64,000 nt of DNA from Promethearchaeota archaeon (GTDB taxonomy: Archaea; Asgardarchaeota; Lokiarchaeia; Sigyniarchaeales; SOKP01): the NCBI GenBank assembly GCA_048941015.1, contig JBHLNZ010000009.1:16169-80168 (forward strand), read 5' to 3'. The position numbers and the translations under genes are program-made. Positions 61,990 through 64,000 of the stretch are shown here, in pieces. The notes under the pieces are model-generated. The model was not told the DNA's origin, searched no databases, and saw only the letters and a program-made list of their open reading frames with translations. How positions within the stretch are numbered: position 1 is the first letter of the stretch; each line of letters starts with the position of its first letter.

Positions 61990-63096
61990 TTAAAGTATAG
62001 ACTCATAAGCTTCAATTGTAGCAGAGCAAGAACCATATCTAACACAACCAGCTATATTTTCTAGCGGATTCACTCCAAAATCACACATCATCTTTGCTGC
62101 TCGTTTGTAAATTTCTGTAAAAAAGTCGGTATTCATGGCTGGAAAATTAAAATAATCATCTGGCATTGATCTTGCTGGTACTATATAAGGAATAACTCCT
62201 ATTGATACAATTTTCTTTAAAGATTCAATAAACTCATTTGCATTTTCTCCAAATCCGCATAATAAAAAGGTTTCTACTTGATTTTCCCCAAATATATCAA
62301 TAGAATACTCCCAATTATCTTTGTATAATCTAAATGGAATGCTTGCCTTACCGGGCGTGAACATACTTCGCAATAACTTGTCAAGGATTTCAATATGAAT
62401 CCCAATTGTATCTGCTCCCGCTTCCTTTAATTTATTTATGCATTCTAAATCTTTCATAGGCTCAATTTGTACATGGATAGAAAGCTCGGGAAAGGTGTTT
62501 TTAATACCTTTTAGAATATCTAAATATTTTTCTAATACTGTATCATCTTCGCACAAGAATCCAGTTATTACTGTAATATGATTGCATCTTCCTTCATTCT
62601 TCGCAGCATTAATTACTTCAGAAATTTGTTGATAATTTTTTTCAATTATAGTGTTTCCTGATTCAATTCCACAAAACTTGCATGCATAACCACATCTCCA
62701 ATATCTACATTTCTGATAAATAGTAGTAGCTAGACAATCTTTCCCATGAACTAGAGCAATTTTATTCATCAAAATTCCTTCAGATGTTCTTAATTCGTAA
62801 AAATTAGGCGCTTGAATTTCTTTTAAGATACAAAATAAATCATTGTTTCTACTATCAACCACTTCATAATGCTCATTTTTTCTTTTTAATGTCAAATTTG
62901 TTTCTTTAGATGCATTTTTCCTATTAAGCCCTAAAGGAACATTTATAATATAGTTACTTTGATTTTCAAGGAAAAAATATCCGCCTCCAAATGGTCCTAC
63001 TCTTCCTCTACGAAATTTAAAATTATTAACTAAATTCTTTTCCACTTTAACTCCTTTACATAATAATTCTATTTTTTTTGGTAAAATTATTGACAA
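61990..63096 (-). CDS. Radical SAM protein (MSMEG_0568-like, expanded Cys motif)
   Basis: IALVHGKDCLATTIYQKCRYWRCGYACKFCGI; C-terminal AGCVRYGSCS. Confidence 0.85.
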   Translation of the reverse strand: MSIILPKKIELLCKGVKVEKNLVNNFKFRRGRVGPFGGGYFFLENQSNYIINVPLGLNRKNASKETNLTLKRKNEHYEVVDSRNNDLFCILKEIQAPNFYELRTSEGILMNKIALVHGKDCLATTIYQKCRYWRCGYACKFCGIESGNTIIEKNYQQISEVINAAKNEGRCNHITVITGFLCEDDTVLEKYLDILKGIKNTFPELSIHVQIEPMKDLECINKLKEAGADTIGIHIEILDKLLRSMFTPGKASIPFRLYKDNWEYSIDIFGENQVETFLLCGFGENANEFIESLKKIVSIGVIPYIVPARSMPDDYFNFPAMNTDFFTEIYKRAAKMMCDFGVNPLENIAGCVRYGSCSATIEAYESIL

Positions 63097-63146
63097 TTAT
63101 TTCTACCTCTCTATAACAATTTTAATTAAATTATCCTCGTTAAAAA

Positions 63147-63818
63147 TTACTGAACTTTAACACGTTCTAATAAGGAATTCCAAAAAATTTCTTTAAAATC
63201 TCCTGAAGAATTAAATTTATTAAGTTTATAGGTTATAGCTTTTGCTTGACATGCTCTGGCACAAGTTCCACATCCTATACACTTTTCTTGTTTGAAAGAT
63301 ACTTTTTTAGACTTTGAATCAGATGTTTTTTTTAATCTTGTGAAAGCATTCACAGGACATACTTCAACACATGACATACATGAAACACATTTATCCCAAT
63401 TAACCTTTATTTCTCCTACAAAATACTTTTTTATTTTTTCTTGAAACTTTTCACTAAAAACTGATTCAGATTCCAATTTTGGAACAACTTTTGAAGATAC
63501 AACCCCCGTCTGTTCGATCTCAATTTCTTTGCCGTCTTTTTTTAATTTTATGGCTGATACTGGACAAATATAAGCACACGTGCCGCAAAATGAGCATTTT
63601 GTAATATCAGGGATTTCTGGTTTTAAGTCTTCAGTTTTAATTCGAATTTTACCATTTAATTCTAAACTTGAAATTACATTATTCGGACAAGCATTAATAC
63701 ATAAACCGCACCCGATACATTTCTCTTTACTAATTTCAATTCCAAAACTCTCTGTATAGAATCTTTCTACCACTTTAATCATATTATAATTATCAAGTCT
63801 TTTTACTCTGGGATACAT
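63147..63818 (-). CDS. Polyferredoxin with four 4Fe-4S motifs
   Basis: Four CxxCxxCxxxC(P) motifs. Confidence 0.9.
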   Translation of the reverse strand: MYPRVKRLDNYNMIKVVERFYTESFGIEISKEKCIGCGLCINACPNNVISSLELNGKIRIKTEDLKPEIPDITKCSFCGTCAYICPVSAIKLKKDGKEIEIEQTGVVSSKVVPKLESESVFSEKFQEKIKKYFVGEIKVNWDKCVSCMSCVEVCPVNAFTRLKKTSDSKSKKVSFKQEKCIGCGTCARACQAKAITYKLNKFNSSGDFKEIFWNSLLERVKVQ

Positions 63819-63865
63819 ATTATCTTTTCTCTTTTACTTGTTTAAATTTGATATTAATATTATTC

Positions 63866-64000
63866 TTACTCCTTAATTTTAGAGGCTTTTTGAACTGCGT
63901 TATTGATCATTGGGGATAACTGGTCACTTCCGAAATGATTTTGGATTATAGCGGAACTAGGACAAGCTGATGCACATGTTCCACATCCTTTACATAAAAT
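63866..64000 (-). CDS. hdrA: C-terminus of an HdrA-like protein (truncated by window edge)
   Basis: Hand translation ILCKGCGTCASACPSSAIIQNHFGSDQLSPMINNAVQKASKIKE*, typical of the HdrA C-terminus. Confidence 0.7.
   Translation of the reverse strand: MLCKGCGTCASACPSSAIIQNHFGSDQLSPMINNAVQKASKIKE

Noticed and set aside
63819-63865. Possible SECIS downstream of the hdrA-like gene
   Set aside because: The 47-nt gap is AT-rich and shows no suitable stem.
1-64000. Mobile elements, tRNA, rRNA or CRISPR arrays
   Set aside because: No transposase or integrase ORF, GC-rich structured RNA or repeat-spacer array was seen by eye; a covariance-model scan was not possible.

Overview
AT-rich, gene-dense archaeal chromosome segment, most likely Asgard archaea (Lokiarchaeia). 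The assignment is inferred from IPGY/IPGF C-terminal sorting tails, longin-like, PCI-like and LRR proteins, the nurA-herA-mre11-rad50 operon and AGGTGA Shine-Dalgarno sites. I saw no rRNA, tRNA, CRISPR array or transposase. In order, the window holds: a cassette of three zinc-free MDR oxidoreductases with small membrane proteins (0.5-7.6 kb); a beta-helix/TM/longin-like protein; a copper locus (PadR-TRASH regulator, CopB and an unannotated 40-aa His/Met peptide); DNA double-strand-break repair genes; mixed housekeeping genes; a sulfur relay and cysteine cluster (moeB-like, tusA, thiI-like, cysK, cysE, moaD-like, orphan binding protein, three Cys-tailed Lrp regulators); a cytochrome c maturation locus; and an hdrA-polyferredoxin-radical SAM operon at the right edge. 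The best candidate for a new system is at 45.7-59.3 kb. There ccmABCDEF are interleaved with three exported paralogous domains that carry HxxCH or HxxxCH instead of CxxCH. One is membrane-anchored, one sits on a long Ig-like stalk and one is fused to a cytochrome b561-like domain, followed by FAD and CCG-type Fe-S oxidoreductase genes. Their upstream regions share a 15-bp GTTT-N7-AAAC box. I infer an atypical single-cysteine heme attachment system feeding a trans-membrane or extracellular electron conduit. All family calls come from motif recognition only; no searches were run.
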